From Salpingoeca rosetta (taxonomy: Eukaryota; Protista; Choanoflagellata): a DNA stretch of 64,000 bases. Positions 43,624 to 54,560 of this stretch are shown here, piece by piece. A program made the translations under genes and the position numbers. The notes below the pieces were generated by a model. That model was not told where the DNA came from. It ran no database searches and saw only the letters and a list, made by a program, of their open reading frames with translations. Location of the stretch: the NCBI GenBank assembly GCA_033442325.1, contig JAWQFM010000035.1, positions 653,096 through 717,095 on the forward strand, read 5' to 3'. The number at the start of each line of letters is the position of its first letter. The first letter of the stretch is position 1.

Positions 43624-44730
43624 CTAGACGAATTGGCAAATAGCCGGGCAACCAGGGCCGAGTGTGGCATCGTTGCTGTTGCCATAGAAATTCACGCAAG
43701 GGGCCTTGCTGAAGTCGCCGATGCACTCAACCAGGCCGAGTTTCGGGTTGTTGCGAATGGCGAACGAGGCTGCAATCTCCGCACTGGACGATGTAAAGGT
43801 CAGGGACTTCAGCGCCGTGTTGCTTTGGATTTGCAGCACACCAAACACTCGAAGCGGCCGTTCAGGGCCGCCAATGGTCAGATCAGTGAGAACGTCGTTG
43901 GACTCAATGCGGATATCGCCGGTGCTGACCAAAGCTGGAAGGTGCAACCGCAACATTGCTGTGTTGCCCTTCACATCCATGGCGCCGGACACAACTTGGA
44001 GGGACGGAAAGTCGATGACTGTAAGAGCGTCGTTCGACTCAATCTTGAGATCCAGTCCGACGGATTGGAGCGCAGGGAGGTGAACCGCCGTCAAGGCATT
44101 GTTTGTACGGAAGTACACCTCCTCGCCAACCGTCCGGAGAGCGGGGAAGCTGATGCTCGACACGTGCAAGGACGTTGCTCTCAAGTTGCCGCCAACTGTG
44201 AGCAGGCGCGCCATGGTGGCTGCCGTTGTCGGGGAGAGTGGGTTGATGTCAATGGTACCGTCCACCACGGTGATGTCCTGTACAGCGTCGCAGCAGCACC
44301 GAGATATGTCGGAAGCCTCGCACACGCCCGAGAGCACGCTGTCCCCATTGCCGCAGTCAACCTCGCCCGGTACTTTGATGAGGCACTCCGTCTCTGTCGT
44401 GTTTGGCGCTGCGAGAGCACGGACCTCGGCCAGCTGCATGCGCAGGTTGGCAGCCTCGCGCTTCAACGTGCTCACCTCGTTGATCAAATCATGCACGCTG
44501 ACGCCATCCACAAACACGCCGCCACCGCCGCCGCCAGTCGTGTTTGCGCGCGTCCACATGTACGTGTTGTTGAGGCTGCGGATGTGCAGGTTGTCGTTCT
44601 CGTCCGTCACAATCCTTGCCTTGTTCTTGCTGGCGCCACCGACGTCGCCAGCCGCGTCCCTGCCCATCGCCACAACAACCAACACCGCCACAACAGCGCC
44701 CAACGTCGCACGCGAGAGCCTTTGCATCAT
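43624..44730 (-). CDS. Secreted receptor-L-domain (beta-solenoid) protein 1 with cubilin-N-like leader
   Basis: Intronless 368-aa ORF: signal peptide, ARIVTDENDNLHIRS, coiled coil, CCC motif, repeats of the type LPALQSVGLDLKIESNDAL, C-terminal CPAIC. Confidence 0.85.
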   Translation of the reverse strand: MMQRLSRATLGAVVAVLVVVAMGRDAAGDVGGASKNKARIVTDENDNLHIRSLNNTYMWTRANTTGGGGGGVFVDGVSVHDLINEVSTLKREAANLRMQLAEVRALAAPNTTETECLIKVPGEVDCGNGDSVLSGVCEASDISRCCCDAVQDITVVDGTIDINPLSPTTAATMARLLTVGGNLRATSLHVSSISFPALRTVGEEVYFRTNNALTAVHLPALQSVGLDLKIESNDALTVIDFPSLQVVSGAMDVKGNTAMLRLHLPALVSTGDIRIESNDVLTDLTIGGPERPLRVFGVLQIQSNTALKSLTFTSSSAEIAASFAIRNNPKLGLVECIGDFSKAPCVNFYGNSNDATLGPGCPAICQFV

Positions 44731-45033
44731 GTCTTTGCTTTTGATTGATTTGAGAGAAATGTGTACGCACGCGAAAAAGAAAGAGGGAAAGTCGACGATG
44801 CATGTCGGTTGTCGTGTGCTGGGTGGGGGTGGAAGGTTACTACTGTTGAATAGTGTGGTGTGACAGGAGAGCAGGATGAGGGTAGCAAGAAGATATTTGG
44901 GTACGTGGACGCACGTCTACACGTGGCCTAAGAGATGGAGGATGAACCACGAAAGTGGAAGCAATATCGAGCAGGAGAGGGAAGGAACTATGACAACACC
45001 ACTCAAAGAGCGGTGCAGGAGGTGGCTCATCAT

Positions 45034-46323
45034 TCAAGAACACTGCGAAGGACAGTTGTTGTCAAGGGCAATGGGACCAGTCAAGATGAGGCAGTCACCC
45101 GGGGCGTTAATGGGTGCAGTGCAGCTGACTTGTAGGGTTTCCTCGCCAGAGTGATTGATGACTATGGGTGCAAGGGTGTTCAGCTCCGCCGCAAACGATA
45201 TCTGGGAGAGGTCTGGGTTGCCATAAATGTCAATGCCGCCGTGAATGTTGATGGAGAGGCCGTTGACGTTGTCACCAAGCACCAGCTGACTTAGATACTG
45301 GTTGTCGGAGATATCCATCTTGCCTCCGACCGCCGACAGCGTCGAGAAGTCAAGCGAGGACACGGCGAGTTCTCGAAGGGTCAAGTCACCCGTCACAGAC
45401 GCAAGCGACATTACGCTCACGGCGGACAGTGTTGGGTTATTGCTGATAGTGAGTGGGCCGTCGACAACGGAGAGCTTGGAAGTCACCACGGTCGAGAGTT
45501 GATGGTTATTGCTGATCACCACGCCACCAGCGTGGAAGAGGGCTGGGGCGTAGAAGGTAGTAAGCGCCACGTTCTGCAAAAGCACCACCATGCCACCGAC
45601 AGTGTGGAGGGAGGCGAAGAGCAAGGTTTGCAGCCCCACCCCTTCAACCTCGAGTTTGCCGAGAACGCTGGTCAATTCCGACAACTCGACACCTGGGTCT
45701 GCGTGTGTGTCCATGAGCAGGTGTCCGTGAACCATCTCGAGGTCAGACACTTCCTCGCAACAGCAGTGATTCACGTCCTGCGCCTCAGTGACAATGTCTG
45801 GTATGGTGTTGGCTTTTGTGCAGTCAAGGCTGGGGAAGTTACCACCAGTGGTCGTGCTCGGTGGCTGCGTTGTGGTTGCCGCAGCTGCTGTGGTTGTGCT
45901 GGTGTTTGTTGCGGGCAGGAGCGAGCGCACGTGCGCCAATTCTTGTTGCAGCTGCTCCACCTTGGCTTCCAGGTCCGCAAACCGCTCAAACATGCGGCCC
46001 AGGTTCTGGCCGTTCACAAACACGCTGCCACTGCTGCTTGTGTTGGTGGTGGTGGTGGTGGTGCCATTGCCGCCGTCGATCGGGCTCTGTTGTCGGGTGT
46101 TGATGAAGGTGTTGTTCAAGCTCGTGATGTGCAGGTTCTTGTACTCGTCAGACACGATGCTCGCCTTCCCACTCTGTCCCTGCTGCTGCTGTCCCTGCTG
46201 CTGCTGTTGCTGCGCCTCTCCCTGCACCAGCACGCCGACTCCGCCACACGCAACAATGGCCGCTACCAGCGCGAGTAGGACAGCAGCCCGCGCAGGCACA
46301 CATCCTCTTCGCGACGCGTGCGT
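45034..46323 (-). CDS. Secreted receptor-L-domain protein 2 (start codon unresolved)
   Basis: Paralog of 43624-44730: signal peptide AAVLLALVAAIVACGG, SIVSDEYKNLHITS, coiled coil, Thr-rich linker, CCC, L-domain repeats, CPSQC. No in-frame ATG lies before the signal peptide. Confidence 0.8.
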   Translation of the reverse strand, partial: THASRRGCVPARAAVLLALVAAIVACGGVGVLVQGEAQQQQQQGQQQQGQSGKASIVSDEYKNLHITSLNNTFINTRQQSPIDGGNGTTTTTTNTSSSGSVFVNGQNLGRMFERFADLEAKVEQLQQELAHVRSLLPATNTSTTTAAAATTTQPPSTTTGGNFPSLDCTKANTIPDIVTEAQDVNHCCCEEVSDLEMVHGHLLMDTHADPGVELSELTSVLGKLEVEGVGLQTLLFASLHTVGGMVVLLQNVALTTFYAPALFHAGGVVISNNHQLSTVVTSKLSVVDGPLTISNNPTLSAVSVMSLASVTGDLTLRELAVSSLDFSTLSAVGGKMDISDNQYLSQLVLGDNVNGLSINIHGGIDIYGNPDLSQISFAAELNTLAPIVINHSGEETLQVSCTAPINAPGDCLILTGPIALDNNCPSQCS

Positions 46324-46499
46324 GCCTCCTGTGTTGCTTGTTGTGGGTGGGAAAGCACAGAGGAAACGAGAGGAAAGTGCGAAAGAAACCACAAGCGCAC
46401 ACAAAACACCACGGCAAAACGCTCTTGACGTGCATGCATGGCATGATTGATGGACACTGTCCTCCTGTCAGCACCGCACAAAGACACACAACCCCACTC

Positions 46500-46965
46500 A
46501 TGTCTTCTTCCGCCAAGCAACACGGTGGCTCCTCTGCAGGGATGCGGCAAGGACAGGGTGGTGTGGATCCACCGGATGCGGATGCGGTGGTGGTGGTGGG
46601 GCTGGGGACGTGGGCGCTGATTGCTGCGCAGTTGGCGAAGAGCTCACCGCGCACTTTATTCAACCTCATGATGACAAGCAAGGAGTTCTACGCGTCCTTG
46701 CCGTTTGCACTGCCAAAGTGGTGCCTGGAACACGCGTACAACCCAGCCAAGGCATCGCCCGCCACCACTTGGCTGCCTCGCCCGTGCCACGACAGCGCAC
46801 AAGCAAGCACGAGCACGTCCGATTCGCAGCGACCCAGGAACTCACAGCGGAACCACCAGCAAAGATCACGATCCCCCCACACGCAACAACAACCACAGCA
46901 ACAGCAAAGGTCGGGACCCCCCTGCATACAACAACAACGACCGCAGCAACGGCAAAGACCACAGC

Positions 46966-47012
<47 letters not shown>

Positions 47013-48839
47013 CGACCACTACAACCACGGCAACCAGAGCAGCAGCACGCACAGTCACAAGAAAGGTGGTGGCTCGAACGGTTCCTCGTGCATTCATGGC
47101 TTGGTGTGTGGTGGCTCGTGCGTGAGACAGAGGCAGTCGAGTGCGCGGCCACCGCCAACACGCGCATGTTCTCCGCGTGCGTACGCGTGGAGTTTGACCG
47201 CAGGCCTTCACCGGCACGGGTGGAAGGCTGGCTGTGGGGGTGCGATGACACAAGTGAGCCGCCAGCCGATGCGCCCGCCGCGCCCCGTGATGACGCCCTG
47301 GCAGCCCGCGTGCGCGTGTCTGTGGACCTGTTCACGCAGGTTCAGGCCGACCGACTCACGGCGTTCCTCAAGAGGCTCGTCCCAGCTGTGGACCACGTGA
47401 ACGTTGTCGTCCACGCCACAGCGCACGGGGGCGTGCAGCTGCTAACAATCCACGACGCGCCAGCCCTTGATCTGGAGCTGCACACGACGCTGCCTTCCGT
47501 CAGTTTGCACAACATCCGCAACGTGAGCATCATGTCCACGGAACAGCAGGAGCTGCGCGGCGTCATGCACAACGTGGAGTGCGTGCAGGTGTTCAACGAC
47601 GTGAGCCCGTCCGAGGACTTTCAGTTGCTTGGAGGCATCCCCAGCGTCCACATTGAGCACACGGCGATTCTGCACAGCCTCTGGTTCCTGCAAGACGCAC
47701 ACCGCGTGCACCTTTGCAATTGCGGCATCCCAGACATGGAGCCCATTGCCCACATCCGACACCTCATCCTCGACAACTGTGAAACCGACGAGGACGAGTC
47801 GGAGAACCCCACCTTCACGGGGGAGGACATTTCGTTGGTGGACATGCAGCACATGTACGGCACGCTGTCAATGCCATACGCCACCAGAGTGGTGGTTGAC
47901 AACTGCGACCTCATCAACAGCGTGCGGTGCGCGCGGCGCCTCTCGTACATGAAGCTTGTCATGTGCGAGCACTTGACGACGCTGCCGGAGTTTGAGCACG
48001 TGGACCATTTAGAGCTGATTGGTGAATGGAGCATCGAAGAGCTGCAGCGGGTCGCTCCCTTGACAGACAAGCTCACCCTGTCGTACATGGGCGCGGACGC
48101 GCGCGTGCTCCACGCGCCCCTGGCGTGTGTCAACGTCACCCGCAACTGGCACACGTATTTTGAGGGAGATCACGCTGGTGCCCCGAGCGAGCCCGTGCCG
48201 CCAACTGTGGACCGTGTGCACCTGGACCTGTGCGACATGGAGCAAGTGTGCGAGGTCGTGGTGCAGCTGTGCCATGTGAAGGACATTACGCTTGTGTTCA
48301 AAACAACCGTGCGCGTGGACGTGAGCCCCCTTACTGCTGTGCGCTCGCTGCGTCTTAGCGCCAGCTTCGACACAGCGCACCCACAGCTTGTGGGGCTGGC
48401 ATCCCTCGCACACCTGCACTCCCTGCATCTCTCCTACATGCACTTGGACGGCGTCACCATCACCTGCCCCACCGTATCGCTGCGCGGGTGCACTGGCACG
48501 GCCGCCATCATTGGGGTGCGCGACGCACATGTGGAGGGCACGCACCTCCGTGTGACGGAGGTGCGGGCCGTTGACAACCTTGAGCTGGAAGGTGTCAAGC
48601 ATGTTGGCGCAGTGACAAACGTGGTTTCATGTTCTGTTCGCTTCGACCTTCCCACCCGCCCGCGGGTGCTGAATGGCGTGCGGCGCCTCACCTTGCATCG
48701 GTGCACTGTCTCCGACCTCACCTGCTTCGCTGACGTGCAAGTGCTGCGCGTTCGCCAGTGCTCTGGGCCTCGCAGCGTGCTGCCTGTCACTGGCACGTGG
48801 GATCGGCGTGTGCACCCTTTCCCAACCAGCATACGTTGA
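46500..48839 (+). CDS. Intronless F-box-like/degenerate leucine-rich-repeat protein
   Basis: Long single ORF (in-frame ATGs at 46434, 46443, 46500). N-terminal LIAAQLAKSSPRTLFNLMMTSKEFY resembles an F-box. PolyQ follows, then LRR-like units (DVSPLTAVRSLRLS, LASLAHLHSLHLS, VSDLTCFADVQVLRVRQC). Confidence 0.65.
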
Positions 48840-48866
48840 TAGGGTGATTTTGATGTGCGTGCTTTA

Positions 48867-48961
<95 letters not shown>

Positions 48962-49800
48962 ACGTGTTACGTGTGTGTGTGTGTGTGTGTGTGTAAATAC
49001 GTGTTACGTGTGTGTGCGTGTGTGTGTGGTCCTCTGCCTGCCTGTGCCTCCTCTCCCCCTCTCCTCCCCCCCCCCCTCTCCTTCTGTCGGGTTGCTCCCA
49101 ATGGATCCATGCATGCTTCTGTGTCCATTGCCACCAAAGGGTCATTTATTTCGGTCAAAGCAATGCGTCAACGCTCAAACAGAGCAAACAAAGCAGCCAA
49201 AGGACATACAGAAGCTACAAACACACGAACGAGCGATGGGAGCGCGAGGGAAAGCTTGTCAAGGAAGGAGGGAATGATGCGTGTCGGTAAAAGTAGGTAG
49301 TGTAGGGTAGCCATGGTGTGCACATCAAGTGCCATGCAAAGCAAATGACAGTGGCCTCTCCTCAAAAGACGATGCAAACAGAGCAAGGCTTTGCTCCCGC
49401 TCAACGCAAAGAAAATGGGGGGGGGGGGTAACGCAAGCAGCGAAAGGGAGCGGGTAAGCAAGCAACAAAACAAAAGAACGCAGAAAGAAACAAGCAGCTG
49501 TAGACACGGCGAACAAAGCTGTCCAGAAGGCAGGGGGGGGGGACAAAAGCACAGCGGGAAGGAGCACGGCGTGCGAGTGGTAGGTGGCGTTGCGTGCGCA
49601 CCGTCAGCAAGCATGCCATCAAAGAACATAAACGGAACAGAGGCAGTCAACGGTCAACAGGCGTTGTCGAAAGCCAACAACAGAAGAGATGTTGTCGACA
49701 TAGTCATCAGCAAACGCGGAGAACGCAGAAGACGTGCCCTCAAGCGCGTCCAACAAACCCAAACAAAACACAAAACACATGCACATGCACGCATGTATGG

Positions 49801-51045
49801 CTACTCGAGAGTAAGAAAGCATGAGCCTGGGCAGTTGGTTGTCATCACACCATCGTCGATGTCCACACACTCGACGTTAATGTCGCTGCAGTCAAGAGCA
49901 CTGAGTGGGTTGCCCTTGAGAAACAGGCCACCCCCAATGGACAGCGACTGCGTGAGGGCCAGCTGTGTGATGGCGTTGTTGGCGAGGTCCAAATGGCCAC
50001 CAATGGAGGTGAGCGAGTTGAAGTGAACGGCGGTGAGAGCGTTCTTGGCGAGGTCGACATTGCGGCCAACAGACGTGAGGCTGCCAAAGTCGATGGAGGA
50101 GAGATAGTTCTCGGAGGCATCCAAGTCCAGGCCAATGGCGTTCATGGTGAGGGGAAGATGCAGGCTCTGCAGCTTGTTGCGGGACACGCGCAAGCTGCCA
50201 CCAACGGAGACGAGCTGGCTAAAGTTGATGGAGAGCATGGCATCGCTGTGCAGGGTGAGGTCCGAGCCCACAGCCTGCAGCTTGCCGAGGTCGACGGATT
50301 CCAGGGCGACGCTGTTCAGCAGGAACTGGCCATCGACGCGCGACAGCTCGCCGAGATTGAGGCTGGTGAGGTTGCGGTGGAGGAGGCTGACTGTGCTGAC
50401 ACGGGAGACGCTGCCGAGGTTGAGGGTTTGAAGCGCGTCGCTGCTGAGGATGAGCGGGCCTGGGATCTCCTGCAGGGCGCCAAACTCGATGCTGGTGAAG
50501 CTCCCCCTGCTGCTGAGAATGCCACCGCCGATGCTGACCATGTTTCCAAAGGACACGGTCTTGGCATTGGGGTCGATGTACACGGCGCCGGAGACGTGCG
50601 TGAGCTGGTAGAAGGCGTCGCAGCAGCAGTGGACGACCGTCTCGGCTTCACACGCGCCGATGCCCAGGACAGCGTCGCGCGAGGCCTGGCTGTCGCAGTT
50701 GAGGTGCTCGACGCGGTTTCCCTGGCACACCACGGATGGCGGGGCGACCAAGGCTTCCAGTGCCCGCATGCGAACTTGTTGCTCGCGCATGGTTGAGATG
50801 AGGTCGATGTCGCCGAGGTAGACGGTGCCATTCCAGTGGGGCTCGAGGAAGATGCTGCGAGCGCTCTCGATCCGCAGGTTGTTGCCGTCGTCCGTGACAA
50901 TGCGCGGGCGTGTGGGCCCACTCCCACCCTGTCCTGCATCTGCTGCGACTGCTGGGTTTGTGGTGCACAGCAGCATTAGCAGCACGCAAGGCAGCAGCAA
51001 GCAGCGGTCCTGCTGCAGCAATCGTTGTCGCTGTTGTCTCATCAT
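49801..51045 (-). CDS. Secreted receptor-L-domain protein 3 with cubilin-N-like leader
   Basis: First ATG at 51045 (MMRQQ...LLLPCVLLMLLC). RPRIVTDDGNNLRIES...GTVYLGDIDLI, coiled coil, CCC, ~11 repeats of the type FGSLTSVGRNVDLAKNAL, C-terminal CPGSC. Confidence 0.85.
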   Translation of the reverse strand: MMRQQRQRLLQQDRCLLLPCVLLMLLCTTNPAVAADAGQGGSGPTRPRIVTDDGNNLRIESARSIFLEPHWNGTVYLGDIDLISTMREQQVRMRALEALVAPPSVVCQGNRVEHLNCDSQASRDAVLGIGACEAETVVHCCCDAFYQLTHVSGAVYIDPNAKTVSFGNMVSIGGGILSSRGSFTSIEFGALQEIPGPLILSSDALQTLNLGSVSRVSTVSLLHRNLTSLNLGELSRVDGQFLLNSVALESVDLGKLQAVGSDLTLHSDAMLSINFSQLVSVGGSLRVSRNKLQSLHLPLTMNAIGLDLDASENYLSSIDFGSLTSVGRNVDLAKNALTAVHFNSLTSIGGHLDLANNAITQLALTQSLSIGGGLFLKGNPLSALDCSDINVECVDIDDGVMTTNCPGSCFLTLE

Positions 51046-51619
51046 GTGGGTGGTGGGGTGTGGAGGTTGTTGTGGTGGTTGTGGTGGTTGTTGTTGTGGT
51101 TGTGGTTGTTGTTGTGGGGACCTTTGGGAAAATGCATCTGTCCTGTGGTTTGCTCCTTGTGCTTTGCTTTTGCTGTGGTTGCTTGCAGGGAAAGCAAGCA
51201 AAGGCGAGGGAAGTCGTCACCGCAGCAAAACAGTGGAATGGTGAAAGCAACGCAGTTGGCCAGTGGCTTGGTTGCTGTGGCACACAAAACGCGCATTTCA
51301 GAAAGTTTGTGCGAAACACGGGAAAAATTAGAATGAAATGGATGGCAAGGGCAAAGTTGACAAAGGCTGTCAAGGTCAATTTTGCCTTTGCCCAGCGGGA
51401 AAACAAACAAACCCAAAGAAAGAGCAAAAAGGCGGAGACGGCACCAAACAAGCAACAAAACAAGGGTGTTGTTGGTGGTGTGGTGAGTGTTTTGTTGTAG
51501 TTGTTGTTGGCGTCGTTCGAGGTGCTGAAGCAAAGCCAAGGGATCGCGAGAGGAGCAAGAAGGACGAGCAGGGGAAGACACAAGCAGTTGTAGCAGACAC
51601 AAGCAGTCGCCGTTTCGTC

Positions 51620-51644
51620 ATGGACAACGAGGTGTGTATGGTGT

Positions 51645-51684
<40 letters not shown>

Positions 51685-52278
51685 TGTGTGAGTGTTTGTG
51701 GTGTGTTTGAGTTGAGCGAGATGCTGTTGTGAGCTGCGTGTGCAAAAAACTCCAACATCACCGCCAACACCACCACCACCACCATCGCCGTCATGGCTAT
51801 CCTGCTCACTTCTCCCTACTGCGCTGCTCTGTTGTCACGAACAGGCGGATCGCACATTGATCTTCACGGGTCGGATAGGGCACGCTGACTTTATCAACGG
51901 CAGCTTCCAGCTCCAGGATGAGGTTGGTGTGTTGTGTGTGCTGTGTGTGTATGTGTGTGTACCTGTGTATGTGTACCTGTGTATGTTGTGTGTGTACCTG
52001 TGTGTGTTGTGTGTGTACCTGTGTTTAGCAGTCACTCCCGCAACACCTACGTACCTGTCTACGCCCTCAACCCTTGGTATGTCGTGTGTTTCGCAGACGG
52101 TGAATGGGAAGCCCGTGTACTTGTCAGACCACGAGATCCCCGATGGTTATGATGACGCGTCTGGCTGCAAGCTCTACCTCTACTTTCACGAGGGTGAGGC
52201 CGATGTGTGTGCTGAATGTGTGTGTATGTGTTTTGTGGGTATGTCTGTGTGTGTGTGCGTGTGTGTGTTTTGTGGGTA

Positions 52279-52328
<50 letters not shown>

Positions 52329-52834
52329 ATAACAACTACATGTACCACCAGGCACTACAAGTGTTGATAATAGGGATACAAGGACGCAGGGGCCGGCCAC
52401 GCTCCAGTTGTTTACCTTGTCCCTGTGTATGTAGTTGATCTGCTATTATACATAATTGGGGCAAGGCGGATATGATTTTCGTCAATGCGCGGACAATAGT
52501 CTGATGTATTTTTTTTTTTTTTTTTTGTGTTTTTCTATCTTATGGTGGCAGGGGCACCAGCGATTCTGTCCAGCACAGTGGGACACCCGGTTATGTAGCT
52601 TGACTAGATGGCAGGATACGGACGTACTGGGCAGGATCAGTGTTAGTTGACAATGTTTGCCAGCTACGCCAATTTTCGTTGATGTCCGATTCACTTGACT
52701 GCACATCGGACAACTAGAGTAGAATTTCAACGCCTCAATGACTCGGCAGTTGCAGCTCGTCTCGACACCTTGAGTGAATTTGCTGTGTTTGTTGGTGTGT
52801 CTGTGTGTGTGTCGTGTGTGTGTTTGTTGGTGTG

Positions 52835-52877
<43 letters not shown>

Positions 52878-53692
52878 GCAGTGTGTGCATGTGTGTGTGT
52901 GTGAGTGCTATAATTACCCGTCTACCATGCACCTTCGTGAACAGTGTTGTCTGCCTGCCTCGCATGTGCTAGCGTGAACGTGTTCATGCGTGCCTGCCCA
53001 ATGTGCGCCACTGCTGACTTCACTTGCTGCAACTCGTCATGCCTGGCAGAGAACGACGCGTGGGTGGTGAGCCATGTGCTGAACTCGCTGGACGTGATTG
53101 CCTTCGCTCCGTCACGCATCACCAGCATCTGGCACGTGGCCACGGGCAAAGGCCCCTTTGTCCCCGACCCAACTGTCAAGCTCATTGCCGGTGCGTGCGT
53201 GCGTGTGTGTGGTGGTGTGTTGTGGTGTGGTGTGTTGTGGTGTGGTGTGGTGTGGTGTGGTGTGGTGTGGTGTGGTGTGTTGTGTTGTGTTGTGTTGTGG
53301 TGTGTTGTGTCGTGTGTGTCGTGTGTGTTGTGTGTGTTGTGTGTTGTTGTGTTGTTTCTTGTGCATTCACACCTGCATTGGCGACGTTCTGTGCATTCCA
53401 TCGTCAACACCACGCACCCCCCCCCCCATAATCGCCGCTCACTTCATCCCATTTGTGCACGCATGCCACCGCAGCGTCGACGGGCAAGGTTCTGACGCGT
53501 CTTGGCGCGTGGACGGTGGAGCCATCGGGGGAGGTGGCACTCAAGATCGAACACCCTCCAGGTACACCGACCACGACGATGGTGCTGTTGGTGATTGTTT
53601 GGATGGTGGTTGTTGTGGTGGGGGTGGTGGTTAGGGGGATGGTAAGAATGTGTAATGGCGCGGAAGGCTGCCGTACACGTGTCTATCGCGTT

Positions 53693-53737
<45 letters not shown>

Positions 53738-54470
53738 CATATATGTCTCACACCAACACCACGCCACTGCACGGTCAGAGCCCGGGAGCGAGCGGCCAAT
53801 GACGATTGTTGAGCTGTTGCGACTGGCAGCGGACCGGTTCTCCGATCAGCACGCGCTTGCATCCATCAAACCAGACGGCACATGGGCGGTGGGTTGCCGC
53901 AGTCGTCGACTCGTGCTGGTGGTGGTGATGGTGGTGGTGGTGGTGGTGGTGGTGGTGGTGTGTGTGTGTGTGTGTGTGTGTGCATGTGTGCGTGTGCGTG
54001 TGTGCATGTGTGCATGTGCTTGTTGAGGAAAAAAGTTACACGTGTTACGGTCATGACTGTAGCGCCGTCATGCTTCCCCTCCTTCTCTCACTTGCACGGT
54101 TGAATGCAACCATCACCACCGCCGTCAACCATCATCCCCCATCATTGCCATCACAGTTCCGCACGTACCGGGAGCTGTTTGATGAGTGCGTGTATGTTGC
54201 GCGGGCGCTGGTGAAGTTGGGCCTTCGCAAGCACCACACCGTCCTCATCTACGGAACAAACGCTGCTGAGTGGACCATCACCGCTATTGGTGCGTGCGCG
54301 TGTGCGCGCGCGCGTGTGCGTTGGGGGGGGGGGCGTGGTTTTTCATGCTCTTTCTTGTGAAAGCTCCTTCTTTGTGTTTTTTTCTGACCCTTCATGCATG
54401 GCTTGTGCATGTGCGTGTGTGCAAGTGCCATCGTGTCTCCCTGCTCCCACACACGGGTCCTCCCCACGTC

Positions 54471-54560
<90 letters not shown>

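Noticed and set aside
43345-44748. 467-aa plus-strand ORF and similar antisense ORFs (35782-36753, 49993-50796)
   Set aside because: They are antisense shadows of GC3-rich real genes on the opposite strand and show no domain-like features.
52564-52650. Group I intron-like P3/P7 pairing (GACTA...TAGTT)
   Set aside because: There is no room for a P4-P6 domain, and the J8/7 (AAGAUA) consensus is absent.
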